Shown here piece by piece: positions 9,220-19,673 of a DNA stretch of 32,000 nt. Source of the DNA: Acholeplasma laidlawii PG-8A (GTDB taxonomy: Bacteria; Bacillota_I; Bacilli_A; Acholeplasmatales; Acholeplasmataceae). Positions within the stretch are counted from its first letter, which is position 1, and each line of letters begins with the position of its first letter. A model generated the notes under the pieces. That model made no database searches and had not been told where the DNA came from. It was given only the letters and a program-made list of their open reading frames with translations. The translations under genes were made by a program, and so were the position numbers. The DNA lies in the NCBI RefSeq assembly GCF_000018785.1, contig NC_010163.1:840001-872000 (forward strand), read 5' to 3'.

Positions 9220-11520
9220 TTAAAGTGTTATCACAGTAACACCATTTAAACCTTCGCCTTCTTGCCCATATCTATGGGATTTTATGTATCTAGACTTCTT
9301 AATATAGTCATAAACGGCTTTTCTAACTGCACCAGTACCAAAACCATGAATCACTCTAATATAAGGTGTATTGGACAATAATGCATCATCTATCGCCTTA
9401 TCCATAAGTTCTTTAACTTCTTCAAAGCGTACACCTCTTAAATCAAGTTCAAAAGTAGGTGCTTTAGAAGGGTTTGATCCACTATATTTTGTTTGGACTT
9501 TTTCTTGTTTCTTAGGTTTAACAACCATCTTTGATAGTTCATGACGTTTAAAGGGTAATTCAAATAAGCCAACAGATACGACATACTCATCTTTGTTGAT
9601 TTTGGTGATGACACCATCTTGGCCATAATTAGTCACTAAGACATGATCACCTATCTTAAGTGGTTCAAGCTTAACCTTAGTTTCTTTTTTAACTGTTTTG
9701 TTTAAGTCACCTTTAAGTTTAGCCGCATCTGGTGTTGATAATTTATCTACTTTAGATAATTTATCAATGACTTCTAAGGCTTCTTGTTTTAATTTGTCAT
9801 ATTCTTTAGTTGCTTTAAATTTAATATCTTGAAGCATTTGATCGCGCTCTTTTTCAAACGTTCTAATCTTATCTTGATACATCTTAATTTCTTTATCAAG
9901 TGCCTCTGACTTTTCTTCAAGTACTTCTTTTTCTTGTTCCAATAAAGCTTGTTCTTTATTTAGTTTTTCAATATTTTTACCAAGGTTCGTTTGTCTACCA
10001 CTTAACAGTGTTTCAGCTTCATTAATAATTCGTTTAGGTAAGCCTAATCTATCGGCAATTTTTAATGCATGTGATGAACCTGCAATACCTAAGTGTATTT
10101 TATATAAAGGTTTTAAACTCACCTCATCAAAAGCAACACTTGCAGTATAAATATCATCGTGTTCATATGCATAAAGTTTTAACTCAGAATAATGGGTTGT
10201 AAGTATAATACGGTTGTCTTTATTTGATTTGAGGTCGTCAATGATCGCAATAGCCAGTGATACCCCTTCAATTGGGTCTGTACCACTACCTAACTCATCT
10301 AGTAAAATAAGTGCTCTTCCTTTTAACTTATCAAACATATTTTTGATTTTTGTTAAATGAGATGAAAAGGTTGATAAGGATTGTTGAATAGATTGTTCAT
10401 CACCAATATCTGCAAATATTTGATCAAAGACACTCATCTGACTGTTTTTGTTTAATGGTACTAAAATACCTGATTGCATCATTAAAGTAAATAACCCTAA
10501 GGTTTTTAGTGCTACTGTTTTACCTCCAGTATTTGGACCAGTAATCATTAATACATTACGATCATTACTAATACTAATTTCAATAGGTACAACAGTTTCT
10601 TTAGCAATTAATGGATGTCTAGCATCGATTAAGTGAATGTTCCCATCACTATTTAGATTTGGTAGGGTTGCATCAATTTCTATCGCATAAAGGGTTTTTG
10701 CGTGTAATACATCTAGTTCTACCAAGATATCTAAATGACTTATAAATTCAGTGCTAAATGGTTTTAACTTTTTAGTTAACGCGATAGATATTTGAATTAT
10801 TTCTTGTTCTTCAAGACTCTTTAAATATTCAATATCTTGTGTAACTTGTCTAATATCTTCTGGTTCGATATACACTGTTTGTTTAGAGGCAGATACATCA
10901 TGTATCACACCCTTAACTTTATTTTTATAACCCTCTTTAATTGGAATAGCGTAACGTCCATTACGCATTACAATAATAGACTCGTTTAAATAACTTTGAT
11001 AACGTGTTAGGACTTCACCTAATAATTTATCAAGTTGTCTTTCTTTAGACTTTAAGTCATGTCTAATGGACTTTAGCGTACTTGAAGCATTATCATAAAT
11101 AGTTTCATCATCTTTAATGATTTCATCTATATGTTGAAGTTGTGATTTTGAATGTTTAAAAGTCTTTATCCATTCTAGATGTTTGATATGGATTGGATCA
11201 ATGGATTTAAAATAGTTTTCTAAAGATTTTTCCATGTGAATAAAGCGTCTAATCATAAGAAAATCAGCTATGCTTAAGAAATCTAGTTTATCTAAATTCG
11301 TAATTAACAGATAAATATCAAAACCTTTTACAAATGGTAATCGACCATAAGTATGAATCATTTGTTTCAACTCAAAGGATTTGTGTAAATTTAAAGAGAC
11401 TTCATCTATTTGATTATAAGGTAAAGTATCCTTGATAGCGGTTACTGCGGCCTTTGAATAGGCGTAGTCTTGTATTTTGTCTAATATTAAATTAAATTCT
11501 AATGCTTTTGTCGAATACAT
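9220..11520 (-). CDS. mutS2: Endonuclease MutS2 (MutS-like ATPase with Smr domain)
   Basis: MITGPNTGGKTVALKTLGL, LILLDELGSGTDPIEG, STFSSHL, and C-terminal Smr domain LDLRGVRFEEV...VIHGFGTGAVRKAV. Confidence 0.96.
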   Translation of the reverse strand: MYSTKALEFNLILDKIQDYAYSKAAVTAIKDTLPYNQIDEVSLNLHKSFELKQMIHTYGRLPFVKGFDIYLLITNLDKLDFLSIADFLMIRRFIHMEKSLENYFKSIDPIHIKHLEWIKTFKHSKSQLQHIDEIIKDDETIYDNASSTLKSIRHDLKSKERQLDKLLGEVLTRYQSYLNESIIVMRNGRYAIPIKEGYKNKVKGVIHDVSASKQTVYIEPEDIRQVTQDIEYLKSLEEQEIIQISIALTKKLKPFSTEFISHLDILVELDVLHAKTLYAIEIDATLPNLNSDGNIHLIDARHPLIAKETVVPIEISISNDRNVLMITGPNTGGKTVALKTLGLFTLMMQSGILVPLNKNSQMSVFDQIFADIGDEQSIQQSLSTFSSHLTKIKNMFDKLKGRALILLDELGSGTDPIEGVSLAIAIIDDLKSNKDNRIILTTHYSELKLYAYEHDDIYTASVAFDEVSLKPLYKIHLGIAGSSHALKIADRLGLPKRIINEAETLLSGRQTNLGKNIEKLNKEQALLEQEKEVLEEKSEALDKEIKMYQDKIRTFEKERDQMLQDIKFKATKEYDKLKQEALEVIDKLSKVDKLSTPDAAKLKGDLNKTVKKETKVKLEPLKIGDHVLVTNYGQDGVITKINKDEYVVSVGLFELPFKRHELSKMVVKPKKQEKVQTKYSGSNPSKAPTFELDLRGVRFEEVKELMDKAIDDALLSNTPYIRVIHGFGTGAVRKAVYDYIKKSRYIKSHRYGQEGEGLNGVTVITL

Positions 11521-11579
11521 TTAAAAACTCCTTATTTCACACTTTTTATGGTATAATATGACTCAGTAGGTGAAGATTA

Positions 11580-12437
11580 TTGAGAAATTATACAATTAGC
11601 TTATCTAGCGACCAGCTAGTTTTGCTTAAACAATTTTATAGCAATTATTTATTAAAAGTGGAGCAGCCATATGTTTTTTTTGTTGCTCATCATAATGATA
11701 CACGTATTAGTGCATTTAAATCAGGTAAAGTTGTACTTCAAGGTGAAGAAATTAATCCTGAATTAGTAGCAATTAAATCTTTTTTAAATATAACTAATTA
11801 TGCTGCAATCGGTTCTGATGAAGTTGGTACAGGTGATGCTTTAGGTCCAGTGGTTGTATGTAGTGCATATGCCTCTATTGAAGATATCGAATTCCTAGAA
11901 AAACTAGGTGTTAAAGATTCTAAATCTATGACTAATAAAGAAATCGTTAAACTAGGTCCTGTCATTGCAAATCGATTAACACACTCTATTGTGATATTAA
12001 CCCCCGAGAAGTTTAATGAACAAACTCAGAAGGGTTTGAACTTAAACAAAATTAAAGCGCTCTTACATAATCATATGATTATTAAGACAACTTCAAAAGT
12101 TGAAGCTGCAGTGCCTGTAATTTTAGATCAATTTTGTTTACCAACACATTACTTTAACTACCTAAAGGATGAAAAGTTAGTGTACCGTGATGTTGAGTTT
12201 TACACCAAAGCAGAGTCTGTACATTTAAGTGTAGCTGCTGCTTCAATTATTGCACGTTATGCATTCTTAGTTAAAATGCATCAATACTCCAAGAAATTAA
12301 ATATGAAATTAAAACTTGGTGCTAGTAAAGAAGTCGATGTTCAAATTAAAGAAATATATGACACGCATGGTTTAGATGGGCTAAATAAAATAGCCAAGAT
12401 GAACTTTAAGAATGTCACAAAACAAAATTTAACCTAA
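11580..12437 (+). CDS. rnhC: Ribonuclease HIII
   Basis: AIGSDEVGTGDALGPVVVCSAY, GVKDSKSMTNKEI, VAAASIIARYAFL. Start codon is TTG. Confidence 0.92.
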   Translation: MRNYTISLSSDQLVLLKQFYSNYLLKVEQPYVFFVAHHNDTRISAFKSGKVVLQGEEINPELVAIKSFLNITNYAAIGSDEVGTGDALGPVVVCSAYASIEDIEFLEKLGVKDSKSMTNKEIVKLGPVIANRLTHSIVILTPEKFNEQTQKGLNLNKIKALLHNHMIIKTTSKVEAAVPVILDQFCLPTHYFNYLKDEKLVYRDVEFYTKAESVHLSVAAASIIARYAFLVKMHQYSKKLNMKLKLGASKEVDVQIKEIYDTHGLDGLNKIAKMNFKNVTKQNLT

Positions 12438-13322
12438 GGTAACTAGATAACTTTCAAATTCAGGTGGTAATGGTGCTTCAAGCATCATTACTTTTTTTGT
12501 TATTGGATGCACAAATTCTAATCTAAATGCATGTAATAACTGACCATCTTTTAATATTTTAGCTTTTGTACCATATAACGGATCTCCAGTAACTGGATGT
12601 TTAATATATGCTAAATGAACACGTATTTGATGTGTTCTACCTGTTTCTAATTTACAATGAAGTAATGTATGATCTCTAAATGTTCTCATCACTTCAAAGT
12701 GTGTAATTGCTGGTTTACCTGTTGCTACAACAGCCATTTTTGTACGAATTTTGGGATGTCTTGCAATTGGTGCATCAATCACACCTTTATTATGATCTAA
12801 AACACCTTCAACAAGTGCAATATATTCACGTTTGATGTCATGTGATTTTAAATCTTGGGCTAATATTTTGTGTGCTTCGTTAGTTTTAGCAACCAATATA
12901 AGGCCTGATGTATCTTTATCAATGCGATGTAGGATACCTGGTCTTAAAGGGTCATCATTGTGTGTAGATAGTGTATCTGTGTGGTGTAACAAACCAGACA
13001 CTAAGGTTGTTTCACTAAAGGTTTCAGAAGGGTGAACCACCAATCCTTTAGGTTTATTAATAACCATAATATCATCATCTTCATAAACGATATTTAAATC
13101 GATATTTTTAGGTTTTAGTGGATTTGTTTCTTCTTTAGCCTCAAGGTTTAGAGTAATTTCATCACTATTTTTCAGCTTATAACCAGCTTTAGTAGTTAAA
13201 CCATTAACCATGACAAGACCATCTTTGATAAGTGTAGTAATTTGACTTCTATTAAGCTCAGTTGATGCTACTAAGAAGTGGTCAAGACGACTATCTGTTT
13301 GTTCTGTAATTTTAAATTTCAT
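12429..13322 (-). CDS. rluD: RluD-family pseudouridine synthase
   Basis: S4-like N-terminus (LDHFLVASTELNRSQITTLIKDGLVMVNG), GLVVHPSE, PGILHRIDKDTSGLILVAKT, ETGRTHQIRVHLAYIKHPVTGDPLYG. Confidence 0.93.
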   Translation of the reverse strand: MKFKITEQTDSRLDHFLVASTELNRSQITTLIKDGLVMVNGLTTKAGYKLKNSDEITLNLEAKEETNPLKPKNIDLNIVYEDDDIMVINKPKGLVVHPSETFSETTLVSGLLHHTDTLSTHNDDPLRPGILHRIDKDTSGLILVAKTNEAHKILAQDLKSHDIKREYIALVEGVLDHNKGVIDAPIARHPKIRTKMAVVATGKPAITHFEVMRTFRDHTLLHCKLETGRTHQIRVHLAYIKHPVTGDPLYGTKAKILKDGQLLHAFRLEFVHPITKKVMMLEAPLPPEFESYLVTLG

Positions 13323-13809
13323 TTTGTGTATCCTTCTTTATCTTTTTCTGTCTTAGTGTGTCTAGTATTAATATATCAATCAGTAGTAAAACAACACCAG
13401 CATTTAATAGTACGTCTGCAAAATTGAATATTGTTCCACCCACAATTGGAAGAAATGGCATTTGAACATAGTCAATGACATAACCAAATAATACGCGGTC
13501 GATTGCATTGCCTAATGTACCACTAATCAGTAATATAAAAGCAATCGTATAAACTTTCTTTGTTTTCCAATCTGATTTTGAGAAAAAATATCCAAATAAT
13601 ACTAAAGCAAACAAGGTAATGATGAAAAATAAAAATTGTTGTCCTTGAAGTAACCCAAAGGAGGCTCCAGTATTTTGTACATAGCCTACATATAGCGTAT
13701 TATCTATTACAGATACAATACTTCCAGCTGCATACATATTTGAAAATATTTGTTTAAGTATGACATCTACTAAGATAAGTACTGCCATAATGATATACGA
13801 TAAAATCAT
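13312..13809 (-). CDS. lspA: Lipoprotein signal peptidase (signal peptidase II)
   Basis: VQNTGASFGLLQGQ, LGNAIDRVLFGYVIDYV, TIFNFADVLLNAGV: both catalytic Asp motifs and about 4 TM segments. Confidence 0.93.
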   Translation of the reverse strand: MILSYIIMAVLILVDVILKQIFSNMYAAGSIVSVIDNTLYVGYVQNTGASFGLLQGQQFLFFIITLFALVLFGYFFSKSDWKTKKVYTIAFILLISGTLGNAIDRVLFGYVIDYVQMPFLPIVGGTIFNFADVLLNAGVVLLLIDILILDTLRQKKIKKDTQNEI

Positions 13810-13811
13810 GT

Positions 13812-14195
13812 TTAAGCTCCTTGTAAAAATATTAATACAAAAATAACACCCACAACCACAAGTAATGCACTCATGATGCTACCTTCGACAATAACTAATG
13901 ATTTTGTATTCAATGATTTGATTTTTAGTTCAAACAACCCATGTATATAATACATTAAATATTCATAGATGAACACAGCAATTACAGATAATATGAATAA
14001 TAAAATAATTAATAGCAATTGTAATTCAACAAACATAAATAATTGGACGCATATGAGGTAAACCGGTAAAAGCAATAAGGTAGTTATGATTAAACTACCT
14101 AAAACGCTTAAAAATGTTGACTTGATTGTTGTAAGATCATCTAATCGGTATCTAACTACCTTAGATTGATTCCATAATTTAGTTAAGTATTTCAT
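13812..14195 (-). CDS. Conserved-looking integral membrane protein, function unknown
   Basis: 127 aa, about 3 TM helices. The start overlaps the end of the PDZ-protease gene by 17 nt and the gene sits within a tight operon. Confidence 0.7.
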   Translation of the reverse strand: MKYLTKLWNQSKVVRYRLDDLTTIKSTFLSVLGSLIITTLLLLPVYLICVQLFMFVELQLLLIILLFILSVIAVFIYEYLMYYIHGLFELKIKSLNTKSLVIVEGSIMSALLVVVGVIFVLIFLQGA

Positions 14196-15159
14196 TGGTT
14201 ATAACCTCGATTGCTTCTTCAATTGTGGCTACTGGATAGATATTAATTAAGTGTGATAAGTTCTTCACTTCATCGTAATGCACTGCAGGTACTAGGAAGT
14301 GTTTGATACCTTCTTTTTGTGCACCATATATTTTTTGAACTAATCCACCAATAGGACCGATTTCATGATTATATCTAATTGTTCCAGTTCCAACAATATC
14401 CACATTAATCGCATCATAATCGATTAAAGCAAAATAAATACTTAAGGTATACATCATACCCGCAGATGGACCAGTTAGATTGGTGTCCATGCCAGGCAGA
14501 CTATACTGTGGTGATGCTTGATTAATTTGATATTTTGGATAAAACCTAAATATCGCATCGTTTGTTTTATTAATTGTAATCTCTAAATGTTTATCATCTC
14601 TAAGCACATCGAGTTTAAAGTCACCTTCATTAAGAATAAAATACATCCCCATTGTTTCATAATCAGTAAAGTTATTATCATCAATATCTGTGATGATATC
14701 ACCAATTTTTAATGTATTGTATTCAGGCGATCTAAAGTCAATTATCATACCAATTAAATCGTAATCAATAGTTATACTAGCGTTAGTCTCATGTGCTAAT
14801 GTGTATGCAGTAATTAAAGATTGCTCAAATGATGCTTCTTTTTGAATGATGCCTCGAAGATGATTCTCATAAGGAGATAGTACTGATTCAGCATATTGTA
14901 GTGGTTCTACTTCAAACTGAGGGTTCATCTCATAAAGCATACGAGCAAATCCGGTAATCCTTGACATGGTTAAAACAGACACCGACTTTAAATGTGGTGT
15001 TTGATTTTTGCCTTCAATGCTAACCATGGTATTTGTTGAACGTGACTTATTTGGTGCTGTCACACTATAATTAGTTGGTATAACTAAGGCAATCATTAAG
15101 TAAATATATGCAAATATGACACTGTGAAATAGTGTTTTTAATTTACTTGTCTGTTTCAA
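14179..15159 (-). CDS. PDZ domain-containing Lon-type serine protease (YlbL/SepM-like)
   Basis: N-terminal TM, PDZ-like segment (LKIGDIITDIDDNNFTDYE), Ser-Lys dyad contexts NLTGPSAGMMYTLSIY and NHEIGPIGGLVQKIYGAQKEG. Confidence 0.88.
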   Translation of the reverse strand: MKQTSKLKTLFHSVIFAYIYLMIALVIPTNYSVTAPNKSRSTNTMVSIEGKNQTPHLKSVSVLTMSRITGFARMLYEMNPQFEVEPLQYAESVLSPYENHLRGIIQKEASFEQSLITAYTLAHETNASITIDYDLIGMIIDFRSPEYNTLKIGDIITDIDDNNFTDYETMGMYFILNEGDFKLDVLRDDKHLEITINKTNDAIFRFYPKYQINQASPQYSLPGMDTNLTGPSAGMMYTLSIYFALIDYDAINVDIVGTGTIRYNHEIGPIGGLVQKIYGAQKEGIKHFLVPAVHYDEVKNLSHLINIYPVATIEEAIEVITNEILN

Positions 15160-15619
15160 GTACGATTGTCTCCAATTGAATTTGTCTTGCTTTGATACCT
15201 GCTTTTTTCATCATTGTTGTTGATGCAATATGACTTTCTTTACCTTTATCCTTATCTGACATGTAAACAATTTCTTTAACACCTGCTTGTACAAGTAGTT
15301 TCATACATTCATTACATGGAAATAACGTGACATATAGGGTTGCATCTTTAAGACTAGTTGTTGCATTTAAAATTGCATTAGCCTCTGCATGCACGACATA
15401 TGCATATTTTGATTTTGAGTAGTCCTCATTTTTTTGCCAAAAATCTTCATCATCTGATAAACCCATTGGTAAGCCATTATATCCGATTGCAACAATACGT
15501 CTATCCGGATTAATAATACAAGCACCTACTTGAGTATTTGGATCTTTTGATCTTAGAGCGGATAGTTTTGCAACACCCATAAAATATTGGTCCCAGGAGA
15601 TGTAGTTTTGATTTTTCAT
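15143..15619 (-). CDS. comEB: dCMP deaminase / ComE operon protein 2 family
   Basis: VVHAEANAILNA, TLFPCNECMKLLVQAGVKEIVY zinc-binding deaminase motifs. Confidence 0.9.
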   Translation of the reverse strand: MKNQNYISWDQYFMGVAKLSALRSKDPNTQVGACIINPDRRIVAIGYNGLPMGLSDDEDFWQKNEDYSKSKYAYVVHAEANAILNATTSLKDATLYVTLFPCNECMKLLVQAGVKEIVYMSDKDKGKESHIASTTMMKKAGIKARQIQLETIVLETDK

Positions 15620-16113
15620 TTGACTTCATCTGCCTTTGCTAGTCCTAAATCAATATGGCAATAACCCGTTGGATTTTTTTCTAGGTAATCTTGATGATAG
15701 TCTTCAGCTAAGAAAAATTGAGTTAATGGTTCTACTTGAACCACAATTTTTTCTTTATATTTTTGTTGCTCTTTTACGATATAAGCATCAGCAGTTGCTT
15801 TAGTTTCTAAATCTTCATAGTAAATGCCACTACGGTATTGAATACCAACATCATTACCTTGTCGGTTTAATGATGTTGGTTCCACAATTCTAAAAAAGTG
15901 CTCTAGTAATTGATCTAGTGAAATACCTTTTGGGTCATATGTAATTTTCACAGCTTCTGCATGGGTTGCAACACCATTACATACTTCTGTGTATGTTGGA
16001 TTTTCTTTATTCCCATTTGCATAGCCTGATTTTGTATCTACGACACCTTTAAGTTGTCTAAAATAAGCATCAACACCCCAAAAACATCCACCTGCTAAAA
16101 TTAATGTTTTCAT
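15616..16113 (-). CDS. msrA: Peptide methionine sulfoxide reductase MsrA
   Basis: MKTLILAGGCFWGVDAYFRQLKGVVDTKSGYANG; YEDVCNG-like YTEVCNG; FFLAEDYHQDYLEKNP. Confidence 0.95.
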   Translation of the reverse strand: MKTLILAGGCFWGVDAYFRQLKGVVDTKSGYANGNKENPTYTEVCNGVATHAEAVKITYDPKGISLDQLLEHFFRIVEPTSLNRQGNDVGIQYRSGIYYEDLETKATADAYIVKEQQKYKEKIVVQVEPLTQFFLAEDYHQDYLEKNPTGYCHIDLGLAKADEVK

Positions 16114-17813
16114 TTAATCACCTTCAAACCTAAGTCTTCTAATTGAAGTTTATCAATTGGACTTGGAGATTCCATCATAATATCTCTTGCAGATTGTGTC
16201 TTAGGAAACGCAATAACGTCTCTAATATTATCTGTCTTAGTTGCAAGCATTACAATTCTATCTAATCCAAATGCAATACCACCATGTGGCGGTGTTCCAT
16301 ATTTTAATGCATCAATGAAAAATCCAAATTTATTTCTGATTTCTTCTTGCGTAAATCCTAATTTTTCAAACATTTCATTTTGAACTTCTTGGTTATAAAT
16401 ACGCATGGATCCACCACCAACTTCATAACCATTCCATACAAGGTCATAAGCTTTAGCTAATGTATCTTTTGGATTGTTTCTGAAATCTTCTAAATCTTTA
16501 GGTGCTGTAAACGGATGGTGTCTAGCATATAATCTTTGATCTTCTTCACTATATTCAAATAGCGGGAAGTCAACAATCCATACTAAACTTTCTAAAGTTT
16601 CATCGATATAACCTAAATCTTTAGCTAATTCTTTTCTTAAGGCACCACATGCATTGGTTGCACCTTCATAAGTACCTGGCACAATAAATAATGTGTAACC
16701 ATCAGCAACTACATTTTCATCAAAGAATTTAGACACTGAACCACTTAATTGACCACCTTCATGTTTCACATATGCTAGTGTATCTCCATGGTTTTTCTTA
16801 ACAATTTCTGTTAATTTATCGAAGTATTTACGTGTAAATAATGCATTATTTGGTAAGGTAAAGCCTCTTAAAGACGCTTTAGACTCAAATAATGGTACAT
16901 GATAAGTGCTTAGTTTATCAGTTAAGTCTTCAATTTTTAATTCATATCTTAAGTCTGGTTTATCAGATCCGTACATATCAAAAGCATCTTGATATGTTAG
17001 TCGTGCTATTGGCAGTTTTAGTTCTTTACCTAAGATGTCTTTAAACATATTTGACATCATTTCTTCACCAAGCTTCATAATATCTTCTTGAGTAATAAAT
17101 GATGCTTCAATGTCAATTTGAGTAAACTCTAATTGACGGTCAGCTCTTAAGTCTTCATCTCTAAAACATCTAGCAAATTGGAAGTATTTTTCAAAGCCAG
17201 ATACCATATATAATTGTTTAAACATTTGAGGAGATTGTGCAAGTGCATAACCTTCACCATGATAAAGTCTTGAAGGTACAATAAACTCCTTAGCACCTTC
17301 TGGTGTTGTTTTCACTAAGTATGGTGTTTCTAATTCTAAAAAGTTATTATTAAGTAAAGAATTTCTAATACTTTGAGTGATTTTACTTCTTTGTAATAAA
17401 TAGTTTTTAGATGTTGGTTTTCTTAAATCTAAATAGCGATATTTTAATCGAACTTCTTCAGAGATATTATCTTGTTCTGAAATAGTAATCGGTGTTGTCA
17501 TTGCTGTATTTAAAATATTGAGTTCAGTAACGTCAATTTCAATATCACCTGTTGTCATGAATTTATTTTTAGATTCACGTTCAATAACAATACCTTTAAC
17601 TTCAACGACATATTCTGATCTTACTTGACTTGCACGCTCATAGAGTGCAGTATTTGGTCTTACAACTAATTGAGTAATACCATATTGGTCTCTTAGGTCC
17701 ATAAAGATAAGTCCGCCTAAGTTTCTAACCTTAGAAACCCATCCTTTTAAAAAGACGGTTTCATTTAAATTTTTAATTGTTAATTCATTATTATGATGGC
17801 TATATGTACTCAT
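16110..17813 (-). CDS. aspS: Aspartyl-tRNA synthetase
   Basis: FLKGWVSKVRNLGGLIFMDLRD, FARCFRDEDLRADRQLEFTQIDIE, HHPFTAP, HGGIAFGLDRIVML. Confidence 0.96.
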   Translation of the reverse strand: MSTYSHHNNELTIKNLNETVFLKGWVSKVRNLGGLIFMDLRDQYGITQLVVRPNTALYERASQVRSEYVVEVKGIVIERESKNKFMTTGDIEIDVTELNILNTAMTTPITISEQDNISEEVRLKYRYLDLRKPTSKNYLLQRSKITQSIRNSLLNNNFLELETPYLVKTTPEGAKEFIVPSRLYHGEGYALAQSPQMFKQLYMVSGFEKYFQFARCFRDEDLRADRQLEFTQIDIEASFITQEDIMKLGEEMMSNMFKDILGKELKLPIARLTYQDAFDMYGSDKPDLRYELKIEDLTDKLSTYHVPLFESKASLRGFTLPNNALFTRKYFDKLTEIVKKNHGDTLAYVKHEGGQLSGSVSKFFDENVVADGYTLFIVPGTYEGATNACGALRKELAKDLGYIDETLESLVWIVDFPLFEYSEEDQRLYARHHPFTAPKDLEDFRNNPKDTLAKAYDLVWNGYEVGGGSMRIYNQEVQNEMFEKLGFTQEEIRNKFGFFIDALKYGTPPHGGIAFGLDRIVMLATKTDNIRDVIAFPKTQSARDIMMESPSPIDKLQLEDLGLKVIK

Positions 17814-17815
17814 AA

Positions 17816-19078
17816 TTATAATAGCTCCTTTAGTGTATCAAGTAAGGTATCCATGGATACTTCGACTTGTTCTTCTGTTTTGGTGTTTTTTAATTGTACT
17901 ACATTGTTATTTAATTCATTTTCACCAATAATGATGATGAATTTAGAATCATATCTTAAAGCTTCTTTAAGTTGAGGTTTAAATCCTCTATTTAAGTGAT
18001 CGATATCAGATAAAATGTTTTCACTTCTTAAAATGTGTTGTAACTGGATTGCCTTTTTTCTACTTTGTTGATCAAATGTAATGAAATAGACATCCAATTG
18101 TTTAGGACTAGTCAGTGTAATACCTTCTTGTTCTAGTGCACTAAGTAATCTTTCCATACCAAAGGCATAACCAATACCTGGTGTATCTGGTCCACCTAAT
18201 TCTTTAACTAGGTTTTGGTATCTACCACCACCACCTAAGGCATTTTGGGCACCAAATCCTTTAATTGTTGCATGAATTTCAAATACTGTATGTGCATAGT
18301 AATCTAGTCCACGGACTAATTTTCTATCAATTTCGTATGGGATATTCATAAGGTTTAGTAATTCAAGTACTGAATCAAAATGTTGCTTTGATGTTTCATT
18401 TAAGTAATCTAATGGTAATGGAGCATTTTTAATGAGTTCAATGTCTGCTGTATCCTTAGAATCCAGTATACGTAGCGGATTATGAGTTAGTCTATCTTGA
18501 GAATCCTTAGATAATTTATCCTTTACAGGTGTTAAAAAATCAATAAGTGCTTGGCGGTAGTTTGCTTTTGAAGCATCATCACCTAAACTGTTAAGTTTAA
18601 CACTTACTTGTTTTAAACCTAAACGATAAATTGTTTCATAAGCTAGTTCAATGACTTCTGCATCAATACTTGGTTCATTTGAACCTAAGACTTCACAACC
18701 AAACTGCATAAATTGTCTAAAGCGACCTTTTTGAGGACGTTCATATCTAAAATTAGGTCCCATATAATAAAGTTTAGTCACACCAGCTTGAGCATAAAGT
18801 TTATTTTCAACATAACTACGAATCACACCTGCTGTACCTTCTGGTCTTAAAGTTAAATCACGATCTGATTTATCTTTAAAGTTATAAGTTTCTTTGATAA
18901 CCATATCAGACAATTCAGTTTCACGGTGAATTACATTAGAATATTCCATCATCGGTGTTCTAATTTCACCATAGTTATATGTTTTAAATAGTTTCCTGAC
19001 ATAGGATTCTAAAGCAACCCAATTTTCTGCTTCAGTAGGTAATACATCGTATGTACCCTTAACTTTTATATAGTTCAT
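17816..19078 (-). CDS. hisS: Histidyl-tRNA synthetase
   Basis: KGTYDVLPTEAENW, LTLRPEGTAGVIRSY, FRYERPQKGRFRQF, KLVRGLDYYAHTVFE, GGGGRYQNLV. Confidence 0.96.
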   Translation of the reverse strand: MNYIKVKGTYDVLPTEAENWVALESYVRKLFKTYNYGEIRTPMMEYSNVIHRETELSDMVIKETYNFKDKSDRDLTLRPEGTAGVIRSYVENKLYAQAGVTKLYYMGPNFRYERPQKGRFRQFMQFGCEVLGSNEPSIDAEVIELAYETIYRLGLKQVSVKLNSLGDDASKANYRQALIDFLTPVKDKLSKDSQDRLTHNPLRILDSKDTADIELIKNAPLPLDYLNETSKQHFDSVLELLNLMNIPYEIDRKLVRGLDYYAHTVFEIHATIKGFGAQNALGGGGRYQNLVKELGGPDTPGIGYAFGMERLLSALEQEGITLTSPKQLDVYFITFDQQSRKKAIQLQHILRSENILSDIDHLNRGFKPQLKEALRYDSKFIIIIGENELNNNVVQLKNTKTEEQVEVSMDTLLDTLKELL

Positions 19079-19623
19079 TTTTTAAATGTCTCCTTTGTTA
19101 AGTAATACCATTTTGATGGTTCATTTAAACCTGTAAAACGGTTGTAGTATTTCTTATGATCTTCATATTCAAATATGAAGTTGTTTTTTTCTATGACACG
19201 CATACTTTGAAGATTTTCATTTGCATGGCCAATTATTATCTTGTTAAACCCATGGTAATAAAAACCTACTTCTAGTATCTTTTGTAGCGACTTAGACATA
19301 ATGCCTTTATTCCAATAAGCCTTATTCAGACAAAAACCTACTTCAACAACACCCTCAGATATCATTGTATGAAAGTCTATTGTTCCAATCATTTTATCGT
19401 TTTTCAAATCTACGATTGCATAACCTACAGGTAATCCTCTTTCGGGTCTTTTCAAAAAGAATTCTCTAATTGAGCCGTAAGCTTCTGTCACATCACTGTA
19501 TGGTCCCCAACTTAAAAACTTAACCGTTTCTAGGTCTTTTCCATACTCAAACATGTCTTTAGCATCTTTGAGTTCTACATCTCTTAACATGTAATTATCA
19601 AAATATATGATTGGTTGTTTCAT
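19075..19623 (-). CDS. GNAT family N-acetyltransferase (RimJ/RimL-like)
   Basis: LRDVELKDAKDMFEYGKD...YAIVDLKNDKMIGTIDFH...VEVGFCLNKAYWNKGIMSKSLQKILEVGFYYHGFNKIIIGHANENLQSMRVIEKNNFIFEYEDHKKY. Confidence 0.9.
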   Translation of the reverse strand: MKQPIIYFDNYMLRDVELKDAKDMFEYGKDLETVKFLSWGPYSDVTEAYGSIREFFLKRPERGLPVGYAIVDLKNDKMIGTIDFHTMISEGVVEVGFCLNKAYWNKGIMSKSLQKILEVGFYYHGFNKIIIGHANENLQSMRVIEKNNFIFEYEDHKKYYNRFTGLNEPSKWYYLTKETFKK

Positions 19624-19643
19624 AGTTTCTTTCTCCTTTTAAC

Positions 19644-19673
19644 AAAAAACGCCCTTAAAAAATTCTAAGGACG
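19644..19673 (-). terminator. T-box conditional terminator
   Basis: Minus strand CGTCCTTAGAATTTTTTAAGGGCGTTTTTT. Confidence 0.8.
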
